From Bacteriovoracia bacterium (GTDB lineage: Bacteria; Bdellovibrionota; UBA1018; CAIPTA01), in NCBI GenBank assembly GCA_050246755.1, contig JBFWVL010000002.1:198928-262927 (forward strand): a DNA stretch of 64,000 bases, read 5' to 3'. Under the pieces are notes generated by a model that worked only from the letters and a program-made list of their open reading frames with translations, was not told the origin of the DNA and did not search any database. The translations under genes were made by a program, and so were the position numbers. Positions 9,912 to 19,384 of this stretch are shown here, one piece after another (within the stretch, counting starts at the first letter, position 1; each line of letters opens with the position of its first letter).

Positions 9912-10928
9912 TTAGGGCGCTTTTTTTGAGAAAAAAGGCATAACCACACGGTAGCGACGCGTAACGATCTCAAAGATCGAGGGATCTTCGGCTTGGGTGC
10001 GAATGGCTTCGTTAATTACGGTGCCGAGCATATCCGTCTTCTGATTTGGGGCCACCAGAGTGGGGCTGGAAGCGGCAACCGATGGAACTTCGGCGGCCAA
10101 CTCGGGCTCGGGCACAGATATCGTTGGAGCGGCCGCAACGGGCGAAGCTTTGGGGGCTTCGGTGGCCACGGGCATATGGATATGGGCGGCGGAATCGGAA
10201 GAAGCGGCGGCCATGAATCCCGAGAAAGTGGAAATAGCTTTAGCCACTAGGCCGGTGCGTACGGTCTCGGGAACTTTATGGATATTGGCTTCCACTTTGG
10301 CGCGGAACTGCGCATTGGGAATCCGGGAAGCAAAGCTCTCCACGCGGGAGAGTAATTTATCCATCAGCTGAGGATCGGTGCGGCTGATTTTTTTCTCGGA
10401 AACGGCGCTCATCTCTTTGAGAAAATCTTCGCGCTTCATTCCGCTTTGGCGCTCGAACTCGTCGGCGATCTTGCCGGCCTCTCCTTGGCGCAAAAAACTC
10501 GGGTCCAGGCGGCGAAAAGAAGTATTGGTCTTGGCGGGCGTTTTGCTTACGCCGCTCGCGGCCGAAGCGCCGTTTCCGAACGATACCATCGAGACCTCGT
10601 TGAGCGTATTCTGGTCTCCGAGCTTATCGAGGTTCTCGGAATTCCGGTATTTGCCGTACGCGGTCATTCCGTTCGAAACGGCGCTCGGCATTTCGCTGTT
10701 CGCAAAGTGCATCAGTGCTTTCATCGCGGAGGTGGTGGAGCTTTGCATGCTCTGGTCGGAGGCCTTGCGGTTGAGGTCTTCGGCCACGGCCTGGGCATTT
10801 TTTTGGGTGATCGGTGGGGTGGAAGGTGTGCCGGCGGCGAAAGCGGGAGCGGGGGAAAAGGCGAAAGTGAGCGTGAGCAACCAATGGTTGGCGCTGCGCA
10901 AATTTTGTTGGCGAAAAAAGTCCCACAT
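9912..10928 (-). CDS. Secreted hypothetical protein
   Basis: Signal peptide (LLTLTFAFSPAPAFAAG). Low-complexity Ala/Ser-rich segments. Confidence 0.4.
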   Translation of the reverse strand: MWDFFRQQNLRSANHWLLTLTFAFSPAPAFAAGTPSTPPITQKNAQAVAEDLNRKASDQSMQSSTTSAMKALMHFANSEMPSAVSNGMTAYGKYRNSENLDKLGDQNTLNEVSMVSFGNGASAASGVSKTPAKTNTSFRRLDPSFLRQGEAGKIADEFERQSGMKREDFLKEMSAVSEKKISRTDPQLMDKLLSRVESFASRIPNAQFRAKVEANIHKVPETVRTGLVAKAISTFSGFMAAASSDSAAHIHMPVATEAPKASPVAAAPTISVPEPELAAEVPSVAASSPTLVAPNQKTDMLGTVINEAIRTQAEDPSIFEIVTRRYRVVMPFFSKKAP

Positions 10929-11199
10929 ACCCGGAAAAACTGCTGCAAAATCAAGGCCGCGCCCCTAAGTGGCCGAATCCTTAAGAAGCGTTAAGAGGAG
11001 ATGTCGACGATCTTTTGGTCAGCGTCGAGATTATAGGCGAAAAATTCCCTGTCTCCCGGAGGATACATAAATAAAAAATAATTATACGTAGTTCCGCCAA
11101 TTTTTCTGGCGGGATGGCCCATTTTCCGGGAGATTTGACGATGGGCGCCACGGCTTTTTTCGGTGGACGCTGGGAAGCGATGCGAATAACCTAGTTCCC

Positions 11200-12048
11200 A
11201 TGCTCGCCAAGTCCCTAGCCGTTTACCAAGATTTCCTCCGCCAACATTCTTTGGCCACGCCCAAATGGCATGTGGTACTCGGCTCCGGTTTCGGCAATGC
11301 GCTGGGAAGTTTTTCCTGGGAGCTGGTAGGCGAATTGCCATTTTCGGCGCTGCCCGCTTTGCATAAATCCACGGTGCAGGATCACGCCGGCGCCTACCGG
11401 TTCTACCGCCGGGGCAACGCAGTGGTTTCCTTTCAGATGGGGCGCTTGCATGGCTACGAGGGGCTCGCGCCCGCCGCCGTGGCGCTCACGGTGATGATCC
11501 CGCGCATGGCGGGCGTGGAAGAATTTCTGCTCACGAATGCTTCCGGCGGGCTGACCACCGCTTTTCAGCCGGGCGACGTGATGATGATCCGCGATCACGT
11601 TAATTTCACGGGCCAGAATCCTCTCACCGGGCCGAACCCCCTGCACCTGAACGGGGCCGAGCTTGGGCCTCGCTTTCCCGACCTCTGCGATGCCTACGAT
11701 GCGGGCTGGCGGGAACGCCTCACACGTAGCTGCCGCGCGCGCGGCCTCAAGGTGCACGAGGGCATCTACCTCGGCGTGGCCGGTCCCAGCTTCGAAACGC
11801 CAGCGGAAGTGCGCCTGTTCGGTCTTTGGGGCATGCACGCGGTGGGGATGTCTACGGTTTGGGAGGCGATCGCGCTGCGCCATTCGGGCGCGAAGCTCGC
11901 CGGACTTTCGCTCATCAGCAATCTGGGCGCCGGTCTCGGCACCCAGAAGCTCGACCACGATACCATCCTAAAAACCTCCCGCGCTTCGGCGGCTAGCATC
12001 ATCGGGGCGCTCGACGCGGCCGCTACCGAAGCGTTTGGTTCCGCGTGA
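11200..12048 (+). CDS. Purine nucleoside phosphorylase family-1 (candidate 5'-methylthioinosine/inosine phosphorylase)
   Basis: VVLGSGFG, GRLHGYEG, TNASGGL, GPSFETPAE and GMSTVWE motifs of trimeric PNP. Confidence 0.8.
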   Translation: MLAKSLAVYQDFLRQHSLATPKWHVVLGSGFGNALGSFSWELVGELPFSALPALHKSTVQDHAGAYRFYRRGNAVVSFQMGRLHGYEGLAPAAVALTVMIPRMAGVEEFLLTNASGGLTTAFQPGDVMMIRDHVNFTGQNPLTGPNPLHLNGAELGPRFPDLCDAYDAGWRERLTRSCRARGLKVHEGIYLGVAGPSFETPAEVRLFGLWGMHAVGMSTVWEAIALRHSGAKLAGLSLISNLGAGLGTQKLDHDTILKTSRASAASIIGALDAAATEAFGSA

Positions 12049-13406
12049 AAAAAGTACGCTTCGATCTCGGCGTGCACGCAGGTACTCTGCTCACCATGGC
12101 CGGCGGAAAACCCATTCCAGCCTTCGACCAGTTCGTGGGCGTAAAGGACGGCAAAATCGTGGAAGTGGGGCGCTATACGCCCGCGCGGAAAAAGGAATCG
12201 CGTAAATTTCTCGATGGCAGCCACCAGGTTTGCCTGCCCGGGCTGATCAATGGCCATACCCATCTGCCGATGACGCTTTTTCGCGGCCTCGAGGACGACG
12301 TGCCTTTTCACACCTGGCTCTTCGAGCGCATCCTTCCCCTCGAAAACGAGCTCGTTTCGAGGGCGTTCGTGCGCGACGGCACCGATCTCGGCGCGCTCGA
12401 ATCCATCCGTTTCGGGGTTACCACGGTAAATGAAATGTATTTTTATGCCGCCGAGGCTGCCGCCCGGCTCGACGCGGCCGGCCTGCGCGGGATCGTATCC
12501 CAGCCGATGGCGAAGTTTCCTCTGCCCGAGGATAAAATCCTGGGCACGGATAAGTTCAAGCTTGCCGGGGCGCTAGCCAAAAAATTCCGCGGGCATCCGC
12601 GGATCGAGATCGCGCTCGGGCCCCACGCTCCCTATAGCTGCGACGATGAAATGCTCCGCCGCGTGGGTGCCTACGCGCGGGAACACTCCATGCCGGTGCA
12701 TATCCACGTGTCGGAAACGGAGCGCGAGGTGGAAGAGTCGCGCCAGGAGTTCGGCAAGAGCCCCGTGCAGCGCCTGGCCGATCTGGGAGTGCTCGGCAAA
12801 CGGACTTTTTGCGCCCACTGCGTGCACCTCGACGAATCCGACCGCCGCGTGTTGCGGCAAAGCGGGGCCACCGCGATCTATAATCCCGATTCCAATATGA
12901 AGCTCGGCTCGGGTATCTCACCCGTGACCGATTTTCTACGGCGCGGGATTCCCGTGGCTTTCGGTACCGACGGGGCCGCGAGCAATAACGACCTCAGCGT
13001 GTTCGGCGCGATGGACATCGGCACCAAGCTCCAGAAATTGGCGAATCGCGACAGCACCGCGATGATCGCGGCGCAGGCGCTCCGCATGGCCACCATCGGC
13101 GGCGCCGAGGCGCTCGGCATTGAAAGCCGCACCGGCAGCCTGGAAGTGGGCAAGAGCGCCGATTTGATCTTAGTGGATTTACGCTTGCCCCACCTACAGC
13201 CGGTGTACGAAGCCGTAAGCCACCTTGTGTACGCCACGAGCGGCCTCGAAGTTTCCGCCACCGTTTGCGAGGGAAAGCTCCTCTATGCGGGCGGTAAATA
13301 CCTCACTCTCGACGTGCAGGACGTGCTCACGCGGGCCGCTTCCTGGCAGCGTAAGGTGAGCAAGAGCCTGAAAGCAAAAAAACAGCTCACGGCACCGGGT
13401 AGGTAG
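12045..13406 (+). CDS. mtaD: Amidohydrolase, 5-methylthioadenosine/S-adenosylhomocysteine deaminase-like
   Basis: GLINGHTHLPM metal-binding HxH, HVHVSET, and the FGTDGAASNN region typical of MtaD/TRZ-ATZ amidohydrolases. GTG start overlaps the PNP stop. Confidence 0.7.
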   Translation: MKKVRFDLGVHAGTLLTMAGGKPIPAFDQFVGVKDGKIVEVGRYTPARKKESRKFLDGSHQVCLPGLINGHTHLPMTLFRGLEDDVPFHTWLFERILPLENELVSRAFVRDGTDLGALESIRFGVTTVNEMYFYAAEAAARLDAAGLRGIVSQPMAKFPLPEDKILGTDKFKLAGALAKKFRGHPRIEIALGPHAPYSCDDEMLRRVGAYAREHSMPVHIHVSETEREVEESRQEFGKSPVQRLADLGVLGKRTFCAHCVHLDESDRRVLRQSGATAIYNPDSNMKLGSGISPVTDFLRRGIPVAFGTDGAASNNDLSVFGAMDIGTKLQKLANRDSTAMIAAQALRMATIGGAEALGIESRTGSLEVGKSADLILVDLRLPHLQPVYEAVSHLVYATSGLEVSATVCEGKLLYAGGKYLTLDVQDVLTRAASWQRKVSKSLKAKKQLTAPGR

Positions 13407-13464
13407 CCATCCTTTTTCTTCACCAAGCGTAAGCTTTTCCGGGCCTTACGCCGAAAAGTAGGGG

Positions 13465-14907
13465 GTGAAGTTTCTTATTTTTCCCGCCGCGTATTTTTCG
13501 CTCTTCGCCGGGCTCGTGCTTTGGATTATCTTCAGCCGGCTGAAAGCACGGCGTCCGGCCAGGCGGGCGAAGGTGCGCATTCTGCGCGAAGTACCGGGCG
13601 TTTCCCGGAACCCGGCTCCCGTCGCGCGGGAAAGCGTAGCGTTCGAGTGCACCCTTTTGCGGGTTCAGCACGAAGAACGATTGCCGGAAGGCGCGGCGCT
13701 GCTTAAAGGCGTGATGCTCCGCTACGGCGGGGAGCTCGCCTGCCAGAATGAGGCCGGCGTGAATTTCTATTTCCGCGACGAGGGCGACGGGCACTCGGCC
13801 CTGCTCGCCGTGAGCGCCGCGCGCGATTTAGGCGCGCTCCTGAGCGGCGGGAAAACGGCGCCCCGTTTTTCGCTCGCCCATGGGTTTGCGCGGTTCGTGC
13901 AGGAGGAAGGCAAAGAGAATCAGCTGCTCGGCGGCACGTTTCTCGAAGTGAATCGCCTGGCTCCCGCCGCAGGACAGATCCTGCTTACGGAGCGCGTGGC
14001 GCGCTTTGCGGCGCCCACGGTGAAGTGCAAAACGAAAAATAGTCTCATCGCGTATTCCCATCATACGAGCCTCGGCGAGGTGCTGGCGCGCTGCGAGCGG
14101 GGGCTCTTCGGTGAGCTGGATGCCTACCATTCCGACGATCAGCTACGCGAGGTGCTCCACGCGCTCGGGGAAGATCCTTCCGACGAACATTTCGTGGGTG
14201 TGGCCGGGCAGCTGCGCCGTTTCTCTTACAAAAATTGCTCGCCCGAAGTGGCGGCGGCGTTCCAGGCGCTGTTCCGCAAGGAGCTCGAGCGCAACGTGAG
14301 CTATCGGCTCTCTTCGCTCGTGGCCCTCGCTTCCCAGTTTTTTACCAAGGAGACGATCGGCCGCGAGCTCTACGCCGATTTCGTGGAGGCGCTTCACAAT
14401 CCGGATCGCCGCGTGAAATCGAACGTGGTGGAGCTTTTTATTCACTTGTATCCCAGTGAGGAAATCGCAGAACTCCGCCCCTACGCCAAGAGCGGAGACC
14501 ACCGTATCTCGGCCAATTTGCTGATCAAGAAGGCCCTCGAGCGGTTCGACGAAAAGGTGATACGGGCTCTTTACGGAAGAGTTCGGGGCGGCAGCGTGAT
14601 CCACGTGGCGAGCGCGCTTTTCGCCCTTGGGGAAATCGCCAAGTATTACCGCGCCCAGGACCCGGCCTTTCTCCGCAGCAAGCTTTCCTTTCTGCGCCTG
14701 TTTGAAGAAATTCCTTATTGGGTGCAGCATCCCAACGGGATGGTGAGGCGCCAGGCCGTGCATGCCGCCAAAAAGCTCGCAGACGCTAACCTGGACGAAA
14801 AACTACGGAAGATTTTTACCGGATCGGAAGATGCCGAACTGCTCGCGCTCTTCGAATCTGTCTATGGCTGGAAAAAGATCGCGAGCAGCGCTGGACGAAG
14901 CGCCTAG
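13465..14907 (+). CDS. Membrane-anchored protein with adenylyl/guanylyl-cyclase-like (CHD-like, possibly degenerate) domain and C-terminal HEAT-like repeats
   Basis: N-terminal TM helix. GDGHSA and GGTFLEVNRLAPAAGQILLTERV resemble the CHD GDG and VNxAARLE segments. C-terminus has repeated alpha-helical hairpins. Confidence 0.35.
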   Translation: MKFLIFPAAYFSLFAGLVLWIIFSRLKARRPARRAKVRILREVPGVSRNPAPVARESVAFECTLLRVQHEERLPEGAALLKGVMLRYGGELACQNEAGVNFYFRDEGDGHSALLAVSAARDLGALLSGGKTAPRFSLAHGFARFVQEEGKENQLLGGTFLEVNRLAPAAGQILLTERVARFAAPTVKCKTKNSLIAYSHHTSLGEVLARCERGLFGELDAYHSDDQLREVLHALGEDPSDEHFVGVAGQLRRFSYKNCSPEVAAAFQALFRKELERNVSYRLSSLVALASQFFTKETIGRELYADFVEALHNPDRRVKSNVVELFIHLYPSEEIAELRPYAKSGDHRISANLLIKKALERFDEKVIRALYGRVRGGSVIHVASALFALGEIAKYYRAQDPAFLRSKLSFLRLFEEIPYWVQHPNGMVRRQAVHAAKKLADANLDEKLRKIFTGSEDAELLALFESVYGWKKIASSAGRSA

Positions 14908-14939
14908 CCTCTGAGAAGCTTAAGCTCCCGGGAGCTTGC

Positions 14940-16640
14940 ATGCTGAAGTTAATGGAAAAATGGTACTTGCCGCTAGCCTTCTTCGCGGTGTGCGTGCTGA
15001 AATGGCCGGGCGCCTGGCTCTCCTATTCGCAAGGCAAATGGCTCGCCGTGCACTTCGCCGGCCTGGCCGTGACCGTGCTCGCGCTGGCTCGTTTCCCGAA
15101 GGTGCCACGCTTGAAACTAGGGGAGACGGTTTTTCTGTTCGGCCTAATCCTGGCCTCCTTCAGCCACACTATTTATTTTTCTCCCCGCGGCTTCGAATTC
15201 ACGATTCTGGATCGCTGGTCTTTTCTATTTCTCGCCCTGGGGGCCTGGTACGGCTTCCGCAGCGGAAAGCTTGCCTGGAAAGATTTTTGGTGGCCGCTCG
15301 CCGCGGCGCTGGCGGTAGTCTCGGCGATCGGGCTCGGGCAAATGTGGCAGGCGGGTTTCACCGGCGTGATGCCTTATCTTACCGTAGGCTCCACCTTCGG
15401 GCACACCAACAATACGGCGCAGTTCATGGGCATGGCGCTGCTACTCTGGTGGATGATTCCGCGCCCGCGGGTGCCGGCCTGGCTCATGCCCCTGCTGAGC
15501 GGGATTGCGCTCACGTATTTCTTTTTTCTTCGGGGGCGTTCCACCTTGATCGGATTCGCGCTCGGGCTCGTTATTTTGGTGATTCTCCGTTACCGCCGGG
15601 AGGGCAAAGCGTTTTTTCAGCGGCGTGGAATTCTGGTGGCGGCCCTACTCGCGGCGTTTTTGTTCGGCGGATTTCAGCTGGCGCGGGGAAAGAGCTTTGC
15701 TGATTTGATTCAGTTCCAATTATTGTCGGAAAAATCTTCGATGGTCCAGTGGCGGGCCGATGTGTGGCGCCAGACTCTCGAAATGATCCGCGCGAAGCCT
15801 TGGGGCGTGGGGGCTGATCGTTTTACCTTCGAGTTCATTCCCTTCCATGCGCGCGGGGTAACGCTCACCGAAAACGGCATCGCCGATACTCCCCATAATG
15901 AGATCTTGCGCTATCTCGCTGAAGACGGAATCCCCTTGGCCACGCTCTACTTCCTGGCCTTCTGCTACTTGATTTTTCGCTGGATCAGGCGGGAGGAAGA
16001 CTGGTTCCGCTTCCTTCCTTTATTCGCTTTTATGGCGGTAGAAATCGTGGCTCAGTACGCCTTCAATAATCCGCTGCCTTCGATCGTGCTCGCCTTGCTC
16101 GTGGGCTATATGGCTGCTTGCGTCTGGCGCGAAGAGTTGGCGATTCCGCAGCGGCCCTGGGTGAGGGGGCTAACCTGCGCCGTTCTTCTGCTGCAGCTCT
16201 TTTTTGCCACTAAGGTAGTGATCGCGCGCAGCTTCGAGCATGCTGAAACGCTCGAGAAGGCCACGCTCTCTTGCCGGGCCGTGCCGCGCAACTGGCATTC
16301 CTGCCTAACTCAGACCCGGATCGAGCTCGATCGTAACGACCTGCGCGCCGCGCGCGAATCCGCGCAGGATATTCTATTTAATGATCCCTGGAATTTCTCG
16401 GCGATGCGCTATCTCAGCATCGTGGCCTTTCGCCAAGGCGACCGTCTCGAGGGATGTTTCTACCTCTGGAAATATGATCATCTATTTTTTGATCGCTCTT
16501 CGATTCACGACAAATTGGCCCTGAACTGCCCGCCGAAGTGGCTGGATTATTTTCGGCGCAAGAATCCGGAAAACTACCTGCCCCGGTACGAGGAGTATCA
16601 GCGGAAGCAGAAGGGCTCTAGCCTTCGTTTTTGGGAATAA
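14940..16640 (+). CDS. O-antigen ligase (Wzy_C) family membrane protein with C-terminal TPR-like region
   Basis: About 11 TM helices and a periplasmic loop with the TPHNEILRYLAEDGIPL O-antigen ligase signature. Confidence 0.7.
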   Translation: MLKLMEKWYLPLAFFAVCVLKWPGAWLSYSQGKWLAVHFAGLAVTVLALARFPKVPRLKLGETVFLFGLILASFSHTIYFSPRGFEFTILDRWSFLFLALGAWYGFRSGKLAWKDFWWPLAAALAVVSAIGLGQMWQAGFTGVMPYLTVGSTFGHTNNTAQFMGMALLLWWMIPRPRVPAWLMPLLSGIALTYFFFLRGRSTLIGFALGLVILVILRYRREGKAFFQRRGILVAALLAAFLFGGFQLARGKSFADLIQFQLLSEKSSMVQWRADVWRQTLEMIRAKPWGVGADRFTFEFIPFHARGVTLTENGIADTPHNEILRYLAEDGIPLATLYFLAFCYLIFRWIRREEDWFRFLPLFAFMAVEIVAQYAFNNPLPSIVLALLVGYMAACVWREELAIPQRPWVRGLTCAVLLLQLFFATKVVIARSFEHAETLEKATLSCRAVPRNWHSCLTQTRIELDRNDLRAARESAQDILFNDPWNFSAMRYLSIVAFRQGDRLEGCFYLWKYDHLFFDRSSIHDKLALNCPPKWLDYFRRKNPENYLPRYEEYQRKQKGSSLRFWE

Positions 16641-17628
16641 AGCTCAGGATATTATTCGTGCGCACGAGATCGAGCACCTTGCGCTTAGAGAGCGCGGAAA
16701 GCTCCACGAATTTCAAGCCGTAGCCGGGAGCGGAATCTGGCTCATTGCGCTTCCAGATCACTTCGCATACGGCGTGATGAGCGTCTTCTGAGTCCGGAAG
16801 GCGGAACTGGAGTTCCACCTTTCCTCCTGGATCTAGGCGGACGCCTGGTTTTTCGGTCAGTTGTTTCTGGTCGAGGAAGAATCCGCCGAACCCGAGCTGG
16901 GTGGTAATGAGATTTACGTTTCCCAGCTGGAGCGCGACGCTGGCTTCCACGTTTTCCTGCTTTGGGTTCCCGTAAACGTATTCCCATACGAGGCGGTGGA
17001 GCTTTTCTAGATTTACGGGTTTTTCGAGGAACGCGAAGGCGCCGAGATCCAGCAGAGACTCTAGCTCGTATTCTTCCGGGTATCCCGAAATGAAAATCAG
17101 GCCCGGTTCATAGAAGTGTAGCTTGCGGATTTCGGCCAGAAAGCTGAGCCCGTTCATGCGCGGCATGCGGATATCGGAGATCACCACGTCGATTTTCAAT
17201 TTACGGATCGCGTCGAGGGCCAGCACTGGGTCATTATAGGTATGGGATTCGATTCCTCGCAGTTGAAAGAACTGCTGTAGGATGGAAGTGAGATCCGTCT
17301 CGTCGTCCAGGATCAGCACGCGCGGGGGAACGGAGGGGGTATCGCTCTGTAGTTTCTGTTTCTCCATGAAGAGCAGAAAATCGGCGAGGAGTTCAGTTTT
17401 GCTGTCGCTACGGGTTTTTTCGAGAATTTTTTTCAGGTGATTATTCACCGTATGCAGGCTGATATCTAGTTTCTTTCCCAATTCCACCGGGCTCACGGTG
17501 CGGTTGGCGAGATGGTAAAAAACTTCGGTCTCCCGTTCGGTGAGCTGGAAGTTTTTGGCGTATTGTTCCACGAGATTTTTTAGTGCCATGCGTGCAAAGA
17601 ATTTAAACGTTCTTTGTTGAAAAATCAC
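16618..17628 (-). CDS. Response regulator with unusual order: N-terminal LuxR-type HTH, central REC domain, C-terminal PilZ-like domain
   Basis: LTERETEVF...ISLHTVNNHL (GerE/LuxR HTH). VLILDDE...DIRMP...LEKP (receiver). C-terminal QLGFGGFFL resembles the PilZ DxSxGG motif; the RxxxR motif was not seen. Confidence 0.65.
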   Translation of the reverse strand: MIFQQRTFKFFARMALKNLVEQYAKNFQLTERETEVFYHLANRTVSPVELGKKLDISLHTVNNHLKKILEKTRSDSKTELLADFLLFMEKQKLQSDTPSVPPRVLILDDETDLTSILQQFFQLRGIESHTYNDPVLALDAIRKLKIDVVISDIRMPRMNGLSFLAEIRKLHFYEPGLIFISGYPEEYELESLLDLGAFAFLEKPVNLEKLHRLVWEYVYGNPKQENVEASVALQLGNVNLITTQLGFGGFFLDQKQLTEKPGVRLDPGGKVELQFRLPDSEDAHHAVCEVIWKRNEPDSAPGYGLKFVELSALSKRKVLDLVRTNNILSFIPKNEG

Positions 17629-17658
17629 CTGAATTCTTTGTTTAGTTTACAATGAGGA

Positions 17659-18297
17659 ATGACTTGCACGCTCTGCAGAGGGACCGCTTTATTTTGGTGC
17701 GAAGCCCCGGACCGTAAAAAATATTTTCGCTGCGGAAATTGTTTCCTCGTTTTCCTCGAACCTGCCTCGCATCCCAATGCGGAGCGGGAGTTGGCGCGTT
17801 ACCGGGAACACAATAATTTACTGAATTCTCCCTCGTATCTCAGCTATTTGGACAGGCTCGCCGCACCCGTGACGGCGGCGATTGCACCGGGGAAAATGAA
17901 GGGTTTCGACTATGGCTGTGGCCCGGTGGAAGGGATGCGTCACTTGCTGGAGCCCCGCGGCTTTTTTATTTCCTCGTATGACCCCTATTTTTTTCCTCGC
18001 GAAGAACTGCTTAAATTTAGCTATGATTTTGTGCTCTGCTCGGAGGTAGTGGAACATTTTTTTCAGCCCCGCGAAGATTTTTCGCGGCTGCAGCCCTGCC
18101 TCGAGCCCGGATCGATTTTGGGCATTAGCAGCCGGCTCTATCCGGAATCGAGCGAAGAATTTGCGCATTGGGGTTATCGCCGTGATCCCACGCACGTGAG
18201 TTTTTTTTCGGCCAAAACGGTGCACTGGCTGGCGCGTGAATTCGGGTGGGAGCTACTAAACTTAGAGTCACCTATCTGGATTTTGCGGAAGCGCTGA
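17659..18297 (+). CDS. Class I SAM-dependent methyltransferase with N-terminal Zn ribbon
   Basis: CTLC...CGNC N-terminal zinc ribbon and motif I FDYGCGP. Confidence 0.6.
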   Translation: MTCTLCRGTALFWCEAPDRKKYFRCGNCFLVFLEPASHPNAERELARYREHNNLLNSPSYLSYLDRLAAPVTAAIAPGKMKGFDYGCGPVEGMRHLLEPRGFFISSYDPYFFPREELLKFSYDFVLCSEVVEHFFQPREDFSRLQPCLEPGSILGISSRLYPESSEEFAHWGYRRDPTHVSFFSAKTVHWLAREFGWELLNLESPIWILRKR

Positions 18298-18301
18298 GAA
18301 G

Positions 18302-18790
18302 TCAGCCTTCTGGACGGAAGCGCCGGTGATCGAGCAGCACGAAGAGGCCGGTGGCCCGCCAGCTCATTTTTTGGTAGCCGTGATTGCGTACCTTGGTGGC
18401 CTCAGATTCAAATTTCACCACGCTGTCGTAGTTTTCCCAGGCGCAGAGGAATTTTAGGTGCATCGTGGCGATGTTTACGTCGACGTGATCGTTCACGGTG
18501 GTTTTTACCCGGGCTTGCTTGACCAGCGGAACCGGGCCGCGAAAAAGCTTAGAGATCACTTTTACTTCTTTGGACCTTTCGAGCACGGCGTCGTACTCGG
18601 CCAGCGCCGGCGCCGCATCGCGCTCGAAGCAGTCCACGCAGAATATTTCCCTTTTTAGCTCCGCGGGTGGGGCGGGGTGGAAGCGGTAGCGCTCCGGATT
18701 ATTGAAAACCACGCAGTTTTTGCACACCCGCGCTTCGCAGGCTTCGCAGGTATTCGTGTCTTTGGGGGCGGCGCAAAGTTGGCAGGCCAT
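18302..18790 (-). CDS. Cys-rich zinc-ribbon protein of unknown function
   Basis: CQLC...CEAC...CKNC...CVDC cluster at the N-terminus. Confidence 0.4.
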   Translation of the reverse strand: MACQLCAAPKDTNTCEACEARVCKNCVVFNNPERYRFHPAPPAELKREIFCVDCFERDAAPALAEYDAVLERSKEVKVISKLFRGPVPLVKQARVKTTVNDHVDVNIATMHLKFLCAWENYDSVVKFESEATKVRNHGYQKMSWRATGLFVLLDHRRFRPEG

Positions 18791-18796
18791 AAATCC

Positions 18797-19384
18797 TTAA
18801 CGGGAGGTGGTTTTTAGGTTCGGACGACAGCGATAACGCAGAACGGTGCGTTTGCCACGTATTTTGCGAAAATTACGGAGATCGTAGCGCGTAATCGAGC
18901 TGGGAGCCCGGCGGTGGCGCGTGAGGGTGGCACTGATCAGCTTACCTTGTTCGTCGAGAATACCCATATGGCCTCTCATCACGAGCAGGTCGCCCGCTTC
19001 GGCGTCTTGGTCGTTTACCGCTTCGAACTCGGGCGCGTCGAGAATGGAATCGGTGGGACGAAATGCGTAGGGCAGGCCGGCCCGGCGGTACACCTCGTGG
19101 ACGAAATGCGAGCAATCGGTTTCCACTTCGGGGGGAAGCCGCAGGTCAGGACCTTTTCGGTAGCGCGTGGAGGGATAATTCGTGGGGTCGGCCACCTCTA
19201 GAATCGCAGCGCGATCATCGGCGGCCAGGGAGCGGCATACCCCGCCATTGGTCTGGTGGATGGTGGCCCGAGATTTTCCGCGGGCGAGGCGCTGGCGCCG
19301 GGCCGGGCTCGCGCAGCTCGCCAGAATTCCGGCCGCTAGTACTAGGCAGAGCAAGTTCCAGCGATGGCGGAAATGGGGCAACAC
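18797..19384 (-). CDS. NlpC/P60 (C40) family lipoprotein peptidase
   Basis: Lipobox ILASC. Catalytic Cys context DCSHFVHEVY and His context GHMGIL. Confidence 0.55.
   Translation of the reverse strand: MLPHFRHRWNLLCLVLAAGILASCASPARRQRLARGKSRATIHQTNGGVCRSLAADDRAAILEVADPTNYPSTRYRKGPDLRLPPEVETDCSHFVHEVYRRAGLPYAFRPTDSILDAPEFEAVNDQDAEAGDLLVMRGHMGILDEQGKLISATLTRHRRAPSSITRYDLRNFRKIRGKRTVLRYRCRPNLKTTSR

Noticed and set aside
10991-11341. 116-aa minus-strand ORF in the spacer upstream of the PNP gene, overlapping the PNP start
   Set aside because: No start context, it overlaps the well-supported PNP start, and the region is probably the PNP promoter.
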